Of a DNA stretch of 64,000 nucleotides, positions 19,233 to 28,576 are shown piece by piece (within the stretch, counting starts at the first letter, position 1; each line of letters starts with the position of its first letter). The stretch comes from an uncultured Candidatus Saccharibacteria bacterium (GTDB lineage Bacteria; Patescibacteriota; Minisyncoccia; Phycocordibacterales; UBA5272). Position numbers and translations under genes: made by a program. The stretch lies in the NCBI GenBank assembly GCA_964455195.1, contig CAYVUY010000001.1, positions 3,642 to 67,641 of the forward strand, read 5' to 3'. The notes beneath the pieces were generated by a model that did not search any database, was not told where the DNA came from, and was given only the letters and a program-made list of their open reading frames with translations.

Positions 19233-20285
19233 TTATTTCTTTATTGCAGCTCCTGCCTTTGCTACGTGCTCAACAAGTGTATGAGTGTATCCCATTTCAT
19301 TGTCATACCACGCAAGAACTTTCACGAGATTACCACCTACTACGCGAGTCATATTAAGATCAGCGATAGAAGCAAAAGGGAGTCCTAGAATATCTGATGA
19401 TACGAGTTCTTCTTCTGTTACTGCAAAAACCGTCTTCCACTTATCTGTAACCGCAGCATCAGAAAGAACTTTATTAATTTCTTCCTTAGTAGTTGGTTTC
19501 TTAGAGATAAAGGTGACATCCACTATTGATCCTGCTGGCACTGGCACGCGAATAGAAATACCATCGAATAGTCCTTCTAGTTTAGTGAAGGCCTTAGTAA
19601 CGGCAATAGCAGCACCAGTTGATGTTGGCACTATGTTTTGTGCAGCAGCGCGACCTTCACGGAAGTCTTTTTTAGGACCATCAACTATTGATTGAGATGC
19701 TGTGTAAGCATGTGTGGTACTTAGAATCGCTTTTTCTATTCCGAATGCTTCGTCGAGAATCGCGATAAGTGGAGATGATGCGTTCGTTGTACAAGATGCA
19801 TTAGAAGTAACTTGGCACGTACCGAATTTTTCTTCATTTACAGACATAAGGATTGTCTCACCCGGAACTTCTACCTCCCCTTTCTTAGCTGGAGCAGAAA
19901 TAACCACATGCTTAGCCCCTGCATCGATGTGAGCATGAGCCTTGTCATAGGTAACGAAGAGACCTGTACTTTCAAGCGCTACATCAATATCCATGTCTTT
20001 CCAAGGAAGTTCCTTTGGATCCTTCACTTGTGTAACCCGAATCTTCCTTTTCATGTCAGCATCAGTAATTACTAAATACTGTTCAGTAGGAGAAACGACT
20101 TCCGCAGTAACATCAAATGGTGATACACGATACACGGTATCGTATTGAAGAAGGTAGGCTAGATTATTAATATCCCCCAAGTCATTCACAGCGACAACTT
20201 CCATATCTGTTCTCGCAAGTGACATTTTTAAAAAGGCACGTCCTATTCGCCCGAAACCGTTGATAGCTATTTTTAATGGTTGCAT
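19233..20285 (-). CDS. gap: Glyceraldehyde-3-phosphate dehydrogenase type I
   Basis: INGFGRIGR, NASCTTN, WYDNE; likely start MQPLKI. Confidence 0.97.
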   Translation of the reverse strand: MQPLKIAINGFGRIGRAFLKMSLARTDMEVVAVNDLGDINNLAYLLQYDTVYRVSPFDVTAEVVSPTEQYLVITDADMKRKIRVTQVKDPKELPWKDMDIDVALESTGLFVTYDKAHAHIDAGAKHVVISAPAKKGEVEVPGETILMSVNEEKFGTCQVTSNASCTTNASSPLIAILDEAFGIEKAILSTTHAYTASQSIVDGPKKDFREGRAAAQNIVPTSTGAAIAVTKAFTKLEGLFDGISIRVPVPAGSIVDVTFISKKPTTKEEINKVLSDAAVTDKWKTVFAVTEEELVSSDILGLPFASIADLNMTRVVGGNLVKVLAWYDNEMGYTHTLVEHVAKAGAAIKK

Positions 20286-20336
20286 ATCTAAAGAGTGTAG
20301 CACTTCTAGGGAAACCTGAGTGTGGAATACTTCTAC

Positions 20337-20975
20337 CTAGAATGCACTATCTATGGTGGTTGTTGAATACTTTTCTGTACTGTAGACTGCCCCCTTACTG
20401 TTATAACACTTCTCTTCTACCTGCTTAGCGGTAATCCATCCTGATGTTCCTGTTATTTTAACAATATATGATGTTGTATTCTTGCAATCCCCTGCTCCTC
20501 CTATAGTTACTATTTCAAATGTTGCCGGGTCAAGAAGTTTAATAGAACTAAACTCATTCTCTCCGAACCCTCTCATCAAGAGTAGATGTGGTGTTAAGCG
20601 TGTATCGCCTTTATGAGCACTTACATTCCAATAGAATGAACATGGTCCTGTCGTACGCGTACCGCATGAAGCCTTCTTAGTTCCTTGATCAAGAACGGTG
20701 ATGGTTCCACTTCTCATACCTGTACTATCGATATATGGAATACTTTCCACCACGTCCGCTGGGTTATATCTATTTAAATTATTACTCATCATTACTCTAC
20801 TTAAATAATATCTATACTGCATCTCCTTTTGGAAAACATGACGCCCTTGTAGAGCAAACCCAAGTACTATAAAAATTAAACCTGCCAAAACGAAAATACT
20901 CCCATGGTGACGAGATTTTGGAATAAAAGGAAGTGATGGGATATTTCGAAAAAACGAAGCTGTCTTTTTAATCAT
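20337..20975 (-). CDS. Membrane-anchored hypothetical protein
   Basis: Single TM (IFVLAGLIFIVLGFAL) then a Cys-containing domain; start MIKKTASF. Confidence 0.7.
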   Translation of the reverse strand: MIKKTASFFRNIPSLPFIPKSRHHGSIFVLAGLIFIVLGFALQGRHVFQKEMQYRYYLSRVMMSNNLNRYNPADVVESIPYIDSTGMRSGTITVLDQGTKKASCGTRTTGPCSFYWNVSAHKGDTRLTPHLLLMRGFGENEFSSIKLLDPATFEIVTIGGAGDCKNTTSYIVKITGTSGWITAKQVEEKCYNSKGAVYSTEKYSTTTIDSAF

Positions 20976-21087
20976 ATACTTAAGTGTATCAGTAAGTTCA
21001 TGTAAGTATATGTAGAAAAAGAGAATTACTGTGTATAAAAAGTCATCTTCTCTGTTTGCGATGTTTTTTGCTATAATTAACCATACT

Positions 21088-21831
21088 ATGAGTGAAATAA
21101 TACTTTCTAATCTTTCTAAATCGTACGGCAAGAAACATGATATTCATGTTGTTAAAAAATTATCATTAACCGTAGAAAAAGGCAGTGTATTCGGATTCAT
21201 TGGACCAAACGGTGCCGGTAAAACTTCCACCATCAAAATGCTCGTTGGACTATCTAAACCCACTTCTGGTTTTATAACCATTGCTGGAGGTACCCCACAT
21301 GATATGAATATAAAGAAACATATTGGATTCATGCCGGAGTCTCCAACCTTCTATCAGTATCTCTCAGGTGGTGAGTTCCTTGGTTTCATCGCCACCATCT
21401 TTAATATAGAAGATAAGGAAAAAAGAATAACCGAAGTACTCAAAAAGGTAAACCTCCTTTCAGCAAAAGATAAGAAAATTCGCACCTATTCCAAAGGAAT
21501 GCTACAACGTCTAGGTCTTGCTCAAGCCATTATTAATGACCCAAGTATTTTATTCCTCGATGAACCACTAGATGGTCTTGACCCATTAGGGCGTGCTGAA
21601 GTAAAGAAAATTATTCTTGAACTCAAAAAAGAAGGTAAAACAGTATTTATCAACACTCACATCTTAGGTGATGTTACCGAGATATGCGATATGGTGGGGA
21701 TTATCGATAACGGAACGATGATTATGGTCGATTCGCCTACCAAGATTGCAACTGGTTATCGAGATCTAGAAGATGCCTTTGTTCATATTATTCAAAAGTC
21801 ACGCGAAGGACACGCAGTACCTAACAAATAA
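21088..21831 (+). CDS. ABC transporter ATP-binding protein (PilH-like)
   Basis: GPNGAGKT, YSKGMLQR, LDEP. Confidence 0.93.
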   Translation: MSEIILSNLSKSYGKKHDIHVVKKLSLTVEKGSVFGFIGPNGAGKTSTIKMLVGLSKPTSGFITIAGGTPHDMNIKKHIGFMPESPTFYQYLSGGEFLGFIATIFNIEDKEKRITEVLKKVNLLSAKDKKIRTYSKGMLQRLGLAQAIINDPSILFLDEPLDGLDPLGRAEVKKIILELKKEGKTVFINTHILGDVTEICDMVGIIDNGTMIMVDSPTKIATGYRDLEDAFVHIIQKSREGHAVPNK

Positions 21832-21835
21832 CACT

Positions 21836-22606
21836 ATGTTTAAAAATATATTTGCCATAGCCCAAAATACATTCCGCGAAACAATTCGTGACCGAATATT
21901 ACTTTCTGCCTCAGCTGTAATAGTTGCTATTATACTTTTCAGTCTTTTTATAGCTTCAATCTCACTGGAACAAAGCAGTAAAATGATTGTAGATTTCAGT
22001 GTAACCGCTATTTATATACTTCAGGTATTCGTAGCTATTTTCATAGGTTCTATGCTTATTTATAAAGAAGTAGAACGTAAAACATTTTTTTTAATTCTTC
22101 CTAAACCAATAAAAACTTCCGAAATTATTCTTGGTAAATGCCTCGGACTTGTGACCACTACAGCGCTTGTTACATTACTCTCCACATGTGTACTCTTCGC
22201 GATACTTTTCTTCCAAGGGGAACATGGACTATTCTTAGCTATTGGTATTTCTCTTTTCTTAAGTGTTCTTGAATCAATAATTCTTATTCTCATCTCAATC
22301 CTATTTTCTGGATTGACTTCCCCTATTCTCTCTGCGGTATTTACTATTTCTATTTTCTTAGCGGGGCACTCTAGCGAAATACTTAGAACAATTTTCATGA
22401 AGAATGACTTCGTCGTTACATCTTATATAGCAAAAGCTGCATATTATCTCTTGCCTAATTTAGAAAAGTTCAATATTCGTAACGACATCGTTTATGGTTC
22501 TCTGCCAAGTACACACCTTATTATTCTTACTTGTATTTATGCGTTTTGCTATTCTCTTTTCCTTTTCTTACTTGCTCAAGCGATGTTGAAGCGTAAAGAT
22601 TTCTAA
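21836..22606 (+). CDS. ABC-2 type permease (PilI-like)
   Basis: IAQNTFRETIRDR start, about 6 TM, LLPNL, ends KRKDF. Confidence 0.88.
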   Translation: MFKNIFAIAQNTFRETIRDRILLSASAVIVAIILFSLFIASISLEQSSKMIVDFSVTAIYILQVFVAIFIGSMLIYKEVERKTFFLILPKPIKTSEIILGKCLGLVTTTALVTLLSTCVLFAILFFQGEHGLFLAIGISLFLSVLESIILILISILFSGLTSPILSAVFTISIFLAGHSSEILRTIFMKNDFVVTSYIAKAAYYLLPNLEKFNIRNDIVYGSLPSTHLIILTCIYAFCYSLFLFLLAQAMLKRKDF

Positions 22607-22608
22607 TT

Positions 22609-23460
22609 ATGAAACTACGCAGTACCACATTACAACCAATACTCTTTGCTGGGTTACTTGTAGTTCTACTTACCCTTTCAGCTCTTACTCAAGTACGCTT
22701 TGATGAAGCTTCGAAACCTTTTAGTTTTAAATTAGAAGCTATCGATAGACATATTATTCCCTATCAATTACTTAAACACGTTAATTTCGGATTCTCTAGC
22801 ATCATGGCTGATTACTACTGGATAATGGCAGTGCAAGACCTTTCACATTGGAATAATAAAGATATATTCTATCTTGAGTATTTCAAAAATATTGCAACGC
22901 TAGATCCGAGATTCGAATACCCATTCCTTTTCGGAATATTCGTTGTCCCTAATGAAAAGTCTCCGGAGCTATTAGATAAGATAGCAGAGATATCAGAAGA
23001 TGTAATGACGGCGCTTCCTGATGACTGGGCAATACCGTTTTACTTAAGTACAAAATATAAGACACTTACGAAAAATCTTGAAAGAACCGAACACTATCTT
23101 TTTATTGCTCAATCCAAAAAAGAAGCTCCAAATGTCGTACATGTTGTATATAATGGATTTATAACTAATCAAACAAAAGAGCGTACTGCGATTAGTCAAA
23201 TGATAAAAGTGATTTATGACACTACTGATAACGAAACGATTAAGAAATTAGCCGCGAAAGGAATACTTATAAATGAACTTAATGGGAAAATAGAAGAAGC
23301 AATAGCAAAGTTCAAAATTAAATACGGAGAGTTCCCTGCTAATTATGATGCACTAGAGAAAACTTCTATCTTAACACTTCCGCAAGAGATTAAAGATGCT
23401 TTTAGTGTAGAGATATATAAAGATGGGAGTTTTAGATTGGTAGAGAAAGCAGAAAACTAA
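22609..23460 (+). CDS. Membrane-anchored ABC accessory protein (PilG-like)
   Basis: N-terminal TM, ADYYWI...TLDPRF.Y pattern, helical content; third gene of the ABC operon. Confidence 0.55.
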   Translation: MKLRSTTLQPILFAGLLVVLLTLSALTQVRFDEASKPFSFKLEAIDRHIIPYQLLKHVNFGFSSIMADYYWIMAVQDLSHWNNKDIFYLEYFKNIATLDPRFEYPFLFGIFVVPNEKSPELLDKIAEISEDVMTALPDDWAIPFYLSTKYKTLTKNLERTEHYLFIAQSKKEAPNVVHVVYNGFITNQTKERTAISQMIKVIYDTTDNETIKKLAAKGILINELNGKIEEAIAKFKIKYGEFPANYDALEKTSILTLPQEIKDAFSVEIYKDGSFRLVEKAEN

Positions 23461-23504
23461 ACAAAACAAAAATCACAACATTATGTTGTGATTTTTGTTT
23501 TGTG

Positions 23505-23575
23505 CGCGCCCACTTGGGATCGAACCAAGGTCGTCGGTTTTGGAGACCGAAATTCTACCGCTGAACTATAGGCGC
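23505..23575 (-). tRNA. tRNA-Trp (CCA)
   Basis: gcgcctatagttcagcggtagaatttcggt-ctCCAaa-accgacgaccttggttcgatcccaagtgggcgcg; cloverleaf, 3' CCA not encoded. Confidence 0.96.
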
Positions 23576-23582
23576 ATACAAT

Positions 23583-23713
23583 GTTGGGGTGAGCTACACT
23601 TCTTCTGAAGTGACGAGTGGAGCATTCCTGCAGCCACTCACATAAAGCACTGTCAGTCAATCGAGTGCCGAAGCACGGCAAGAGAGCTTCCATGCAATAA
23701 GGCTCAACCCAAC
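23583..23713 (-). ncRNA. Unassigned multi-stem structured RNA upstream of tRNA-Trp
   Basis: Closing stem plus four internal hairpins; extended -10 (TGtTAGTCT) 6 nt upstream on the minus strand. Confidence 0.55.
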
Positions 23714-23725
23714 GTATACAGACTA

Positions 23726-23761
23726 ACAAAAAATCGCTGTTTTGAACAGCGATTTTTTGTT
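23726..23761. terminator. Intrinsic terminator
   Basis: acaaaaaatcgctgtt-ttg-aacagcgattttttgt. Confidence 0.8.
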
Positions 23762-23774
23762 AGGCATTTTAATA

Positions 23775-24146
23775 TTAATTAGGTTGATTCATTCCAGGAA
23801 CTGGAGGAACCTTCACTCGAGCATAAGGATCGATATTAAGAGTGCCTTGCATGAAAGAAATAATTCCCCAGATTGATACCATTACGAAAAGCGAAACCAC
23901 AGAATAAATCATGAATTGTTTTGCTTTTGCAACAGCCTCACCCCCTTCTCTTCCTTTCCAAATAAAGACTACAAGTCCGTAGAAGAAACACACCATTGCA
24001 ACCCCCATAAGTAATGTTACAAGTTGTGCAACAGCTCCTTGAGCAGTTCCTAAGAGGCTAGAGAGTGGATTATACCCTTGAGCAAGTGCTAATCCTGTTC
24101 CAGCTAAAGCACTTAATGCAGTAATGCTAATAGTTTTTATTTTCAT
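23775..24146 (-). CDS. TrbC/VirB2-like pilin
   Basis: Signal peptide ending ALA-Q, two TM helices, LFVMVSIWGII motif. Confidence 0.8.
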   Translation of the reverse strand: MKIKTISITALSALAGTGLALAQGYNPLSSLLGTAQGAVAQLVTLLMGVAMVCFFYGLVVFIWKGREGGEAVAKAKQFMIYSVVSLFVMVSIWGIISFMQGTLNIDPYARVKVPPVPGMNQPN

Positions 24147-24242
24147 ATATTTTATAGTATCTAAAAAGTATATAAGCTATTTATAGCTAGCGCAAGGAAA
24201 AACCCACCTTTTAGGTGGGTTTTTCCTTGTCATAGAAATGAA

Positions 24243-24404
24243 TTACTTCTTTGATTCCTTGAAAGTAACGTGTTTACGTAGCTTCTTAGAATATTTCTTG
24301 AGCTCGAGCTTACGCTGAACTTGCTTCTTGTTCTTTGTAGTGTGGTAAACCTCCTTGGTTTCCTTGTTTTTCATTATAAGGAGATGGTCTTGGATCTTCG
24401 TCAT
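24243..24404 (-). CDS. rpmG: 50S ribosomal protein L33 (Cys-free form)
   Basis: Manual translation MTKIQDHLLIMKNKETKEVYHTTKNKKQVQRKLELKKYSKKLRKHVTFKESKK; below ORF-track cutoff. Confidence 0.93.
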   Translation of the reverse strand: MTKIQDHLLIMKNKETKEVYHTTKNKKQVQRKLELKKYSKKLRKHVTFKESKK

Positions 24405-24452
24405 AGTTATAGAATAATACAGTATTTTGAGCTAATTTGCAAGAGACCTTTA

Positions 24453-25856
24453 CTAGACAAGCTTTTCCATCAAATACGCCTCTAATGTATCTATCGAGAT
24501 TCTCACCTGCTCCATTGTGTCGCGGTCGCGCACAGTAACAGCATTATCGGTAAGAGAATCGAAATCAAAGGTAACGCAATATGGTGTTCCTATTTCATCC
24601 TGACGGCGATAACGTTTCCCGATAGACTGCGTCTCATCATATTCTGTAAAAAACTTCTTTGAGAGCTTTTGCCATATCTCGGCTGCTGGCTTAGTTAGTT
24701 CTTCTTTTTTGGAAAGTGGAAGTATTGCAACCTTAACTGGAGCAATGCGCTTGTCGAATTTCAATACTACACGAGAATCATCCCCTATGACTTCTTCTGT
24801 GTATGCACTGTCAATGAAAGCAAGTGCCATACGTGCAAGTCCAACCGATGTTTCTACGATATGTGGTATGAATCTCTCACGTGTCGCTTCATCGAAATAT
24901 GAGAGATCTTGTCCTGAAAACTTACTGTGTTGGGTTAAGTCCCATGCTCCACGTGCATGTACTCCTTCTAATTCTTTAAACCCTCCTAACATCTTGTAAT
25001 CATACTCAATATCATAGGCTTCACTTGCATAATGAGCTAATTTTTCATGTTTATACCAATGTAATCTAGCTTCTGGAATACCATACTTAAGATAAAATTC
25101 CCAACGTGTTTGTTGCCATGCCTTAAAAATTTCTGCGGTTTGAGATTGATGATGGAAATATTGCATTTCCATTTGTTCAAATTCACGTGTTCTAAACACG
25201 AATTGTTTCGCAACAATTTCATTACGAAATGCTTTACCAATTTGAGCTATACCGAACGGTAGTTTTGGATGGAGGCTATCTAATGTATTTTTATATTCAA
25301 GATATATTCCTCCGCAAGTTTCAGGACGAAGATACATTACGTTCTCATCTGATAGCTCGTCTACAGGAGAACCAAGGTTAGACTTTACCATGAGAGAAAA
25401 TCTGCGTGCGGGAGTAAGGTCTGCTGAACCACAATTAGTACACACAAGTTTCTTCTCGTCTCTTAACTTATCCAACTCAACATTAATCCATTCGATAGAT
25501 TGCTTATCAGCCTGAATACCAAAACTTTCAAGAACATGATCTGCTCGGAAGCGATTATTACACTTACGACAATCAATTTGAGGATCATCGAATCCATCTA
25601 TATGCCCTGATGCTTTCCACGCTGTAGGGTGCATGAAAATAGCACTATCTAATCCAACAACATCTAATCTTTCCTGAACCATTGATTTCCACCATTCTTG
25701 TTTTATATTATTTAAAAGCAACGTTCCATAATGTCCATAATCATACACACCAGAAAGACCTCCATAAATTTCTGACGACGGGAAAATAAACCCTCTTCGT
25801 TTACAAAGTGAGACTATCGCTTCCATCGTATCTTGTGTTGATTGTTGTGTAGTCAT
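24453..25856 (-). CDS. glyS: Glycine--tRNA ligase (homodimeric alpha2 type)
   Basis: KRRGF, YLRPET, GKAFRNEI, FRTREFEQME, SIGKRYRRQDEIGTP. Confidence 0.96.
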   Translation of the reverse strand: MTTQQSTQDTMEAIVSLCKRRGFIFPSSEIYGGLSGVYDYGHYGTLLLNNIKQEWWKSMVQERLDVVGLDSAIFMHPTAWKASGHIDGFDDPQIDCRKCNNRFRADHVLESFGIQADKQSIEWINVELDKLRDEKKLVCTNCGSADLTPARRFSLMVKSNLGSPVDELSDENVMYLRPETCGGIYLEYKNTLDSLHPKLPFGIAQIGKAFRNEIVAKQFVFRTREFEQMEMQYFHHQSQTAEIFKAWQQTRWEFYLKYGIPEARLHWYKHEKLAHYASEAYDIEYDYKMLGGFKELEGVHARGAWDLTQHSKFSGQDLSYFDEATRERFIPHIVETSVGLARMALAFIDSAYTEEVIGDDSRVVLKFDKRIAPVKVAILPLSKKEELTKPAAEIWQKLSKKFFTEYDETQSIGKRYRRQDEIGTPYCVTFDFDSLTDNAVTVRDRDTMEQVRISIDTLEAYLMEKLV

Positions 25857-25900
25857 GTATATATACGATACTAATATAAGCTTCTAAATAATTCAAATAA

Positions 25901-26155
25901 CTAGAAAGTAAATATTCCTGTGAATACTCCACTAAAAAGTTTGAAAAGTCCTCCAACAGAAAACATAATGAATAGTCCAATACCTCCCCAAAGAAGATGC
26001 TCCCTGGCTTTGTCTCTTACATCTGGGTTGTTCATCTGCCACATATACCACATCACACCAAAAAGAAAATATGCAAATGTTGCTCCTAGGAATAACTGGT
26101 AAAGTGGAACGAATACACTATTAATAAATTTGGTTAGCAAATCTGTTCCATCCAT
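25901..26155 (-). CDS. Small TrbC/VirB2-like pilin without a signal peptide
   Basis: Two TM helices, HLLWGGIGLFIMFSVGG. Confidence 0.7.
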   Translation of the reverse strand: MDGTDLLTKFINSVFVPLYQLFLGATFAYFLFGVMWYMWQMNNPDVRDKAREHLLWGGIGLFIMFSVGGLFKLFSGVFTGIFTF

Positions 26156-26233
26156 AATTACTATAGTGTACTACAAAACAAAAATGATGTCGCTTCGCGA
26201 CATCATTTTTGTTTGTGAGAACTTAAAAGTATA

Positions 26234-26650
26234 TTAACAACGTGTTGAACCTGGAACACAAGGTACTGGAACACCTCCACCTTGTCCTACTCCTACGATA
26301 GATCCAAGGAAGTTTACAATTCCCCAGATTGATACCATCACGAAGAGTCCAAGTATTGCCATTCCCATGAACTTTGCCCACTTCTCATGTTCACCTCCAT
26401 CCTTCTTGCCGAACATGAATCCTATAACTCCAACGAAAAGTGCGATAACTCCCACACCGATAAGTAAAGGAACAAGTGTACTTACTACAGCTTGACCAAG
26501 TCCCAAGAGACTAAGCACACTTTGTCCGATAGCTTGACCTGAAGCATTAGTTCCTCCGGATTGGATAACTTGTCCAGGAACGACACCCTGAGCAAGAGCA
26601 TATCCGACTCCTGCTAACGTCATACTAATTGTTGTTATTATTTTTTTCAT
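26234..26650 (-). CDS. TrbC/VirB2-like pilin
   Basis: Signal peptide YALA-Q, two TM, LFVMVSIWGIV. Confidence 0.8.
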   Translation of the reverse strand: MKKIITTISMTLAGVGYALAQGVVPGQVIQSGGTNASGQAIGQSVLSLLGLGQAVVSTLVPLLIGVGVIALFVGVIGFMFGKKDGGEHEKWAKFMGMAILGLFVMVSIWGIVNFLGSIVGVGQGGGVPVPCVPGSTRC

Positions 26651-26732
26651 ACTTTTTAATTATTACTTAAGTATATGCTTAATTTCAATGAAAACAAGGT
26701 GGATAAGGGAGTTACGATTGATTTATAAGGGA

Positions 26733-27446
26733 TTATGGCCCGACCGTTGACCCTGAGACACATGTGCCAGTATTCGGATCGAAGTTAGTTCCATTAGAGC
26801 ATCCACAGGTTCCAGTATCCATATCAAGAGGCACACAAGAAAGTCCAGATTTACAACTATTAGCACCGCTTATTGCACACGACGCTCCGAAGTCGCCCGC
26901 CCCTGCACCTGAAGAGCTAGTAGTTCTTGTGTAGTCAACCTTACAAAATCCTCCTGCACATGAACATCCATACCCAGCTGGAGCTATACAGGTACTACAT
27001 GGATTACCTTCAGGACAAGAGGAATTAGTGCTTGGACCTCCAGAAGAAGGTGTTGAGCCAGTAGGTGTGGTGCCTGTTTTACTGAATCCAAATGTTGGTA
27101 ATTGAATAACACTTACATCTCCATCTATTCCTATAGTTCTTTGTGCATAACGAATAATTCCCCAGATAGAAACCATGACGAAAAGTGATATAACTCCCCA
27201 GAGCATGAATTGACGGCCATTAGCCATCTTAGTAACTTCTCCGGTACGGGATGCAAAAATAAAAATTGCCATTCCATAAAAGAACGCAGTGGTGGCAAGT
27301 GCCATGAAGAGTGTAGCGAGTGCGGAGACAATATTAGCATTGATTGACGATATAGTCGATCCGAAATCTGTAATCTTATCAGCAGAAGCGATAAGCGGAG
27401 TGAGAGCACTTAAAAATAGTGTTGAAAATAATAATTGTTTTTTCAT
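26733..27446 (-). CDS. TrbC/VirB2-like pilin with Cys-rich C-terminal extension
   Basis: Start MKKQLLF; WGVISLFVMVSIWGII; S/T linker and Cys-rich tail. Confidence 0.78.
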   Translation of the reverse strand: MKKQLLFSTLFLSALTPLIASADKITDFGSTISSINANIVSALATLFMALATTAFFYGMAIFIFASRTGEVTKMANGRQFMLWGVISLFVMVSIWGIIRYAQRTIGIDGDVSVIQLPTFGFSKTGTTPTGSTPSSGGPSTNSSCPEGNPCSTCIAPAGYGCSCAGGFCKVDYTRTTSSSGAGAGDFGASCAISGANSCKSGLSCVPLDMDTGTCGCSNGTNFDPNTGTCVSGSTVGP

Positions 27447-27541
27447 AATAAATAATGTAGGTAGATGAATACTACTCTTAGGGTAAAGTATAGCAGTGAA
27501 GCATGAATAATAGCAAAGCAACTATTAACGTTTTAGAGGAT

Positions 27542-28573
27542 TTACTGCCCCATCGCTACACAACTAAGTTTCATACTTGCATCAAATTTACATGTACCTG
27601 GGAATCCCATATTAGTACAAGACATCCCATCGAATAATCCAGTACATGCCATATCTGTTGAATATTGGACACACTGTGCATTTTTACATACACCTCCGCC
27701 GGCACATGGTTGCCCATCTAAGAAGTTAGGCTGATCTGCACTGTAATAACACTCACTAGCTTTTGGTTCTGGAGTTGTTGTGGTTTGAGTCTGAGTATTA
27801 TTGGTGGTCTGCGTAGTTTGTGTAGTCTGTGTCGTTTGAACAGATGATTGAGCTGGGGTAGCTCCTGCCACCTTGTCTAAGGATCCAGCCAAAGAAAGAA
27901 GAAGTCCTTGTATAAGCATTAGCACTATTGTGATATATACCGTGAACCATAGGCGTCCTTTTGCTTTCTGAAGTTCTGGTGGATTACCACGTGCAGCAAC
28001 AAGTAGAAACCCAGCATATACCCACAATATAATAAGACCAATGAAAAGAATTTGAAGAATCGCTTGGAATACTTTCACTGCGAAGTCATACCAATTACCT
28101 CCAATATCAATTGGTGATTTAAGTGTGGTCCCTTGTGCATATGCGTGAGGGAATACATCCAAATTAATCGGCACCAATGACTGCGGGCATCCAGGACCTG
28201 CACGTAATAAACAATCTATTGGTTCTTGAATTCCTTTATCAATATTAAATTCTTTAAGTAAGTATGATGTTGCTGGAATAAGTGCAATAAGAGCGAAAAG
28301 TGCTCCGACAACAATAAGAATATTGGTAGTGAACTCTTTTCTTATTTCTGGAGAATACTGATGTGTACCGTATTTAATGGCAAGCCATGCAATACGCATT
28401 GCTCCATAGAACATCAAAAGTCCAAGACCAAGACTGATGAGATTTCGTGCTGTCTTAAAAAATTCAGGCCATGTACATGTTGGGCCATCGCATGTCACTA
28501 ATTGTTGTGCATGTGCTGAGAATGCTCCTATCACGAAGAAAGCTAGGAGTATCGGTAAAAAGTATTTTTTCAT
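27542..28573 (-). CDS. Double TrbC/VirB2-like pilin with T/Q linker and Cys-rich tail
   Basis: Signal peptide, two pilin-like TM pairs (second with YAGFLLVAARGNPPELQKAK), TTQ repeats, Cys-rich end. Confidence 0.75.
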   Translation of the reverse strand: MKKYFLPILLAFFVIGAFSAHAQQLVTCDGPTCTWPEFFKTARNLISLGLGLLMFYGAMRIAWLAIKYGTHQYSPEIRKEFTTNILIVVGALFALIALIPATSYLLKEFNIDKGIQEPIDCLLRAGPGCPQSLVPINLDVFPHAYAQGTTLKSPIDIGGNWYDFAVKVFQAILQILFIGLIILWVYAGFLLVAARGNPPELQKAKGRLWFTVYITIVLMLIQGLLLSLAGSLDKVAGATPAQSSVQTTQTTQTTQTTNNTQTQTTTTPEPKASECYYSADQPNFLDGQPCAGGGVCKNAQCVQYSTDMACTGLFDGMSCTNMGFPGTCKFDASMKLSCVAMGQ

Positions 28574-28576
28574 AAT

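Noticed and set aside
23481-23729. 82-aa ORF
   Set aside because: Spans tRNA-Trp and the structured RNA; spurious
26695-26710. DnaA-box-like ttatccac
   Set aside because: Single imperfect box with no cluster or dnaA context; not an origin
27775-27845. TTQ-coding short repeats
   Set aside because: Low-complexity protein linker, not a CRISPR or guide array
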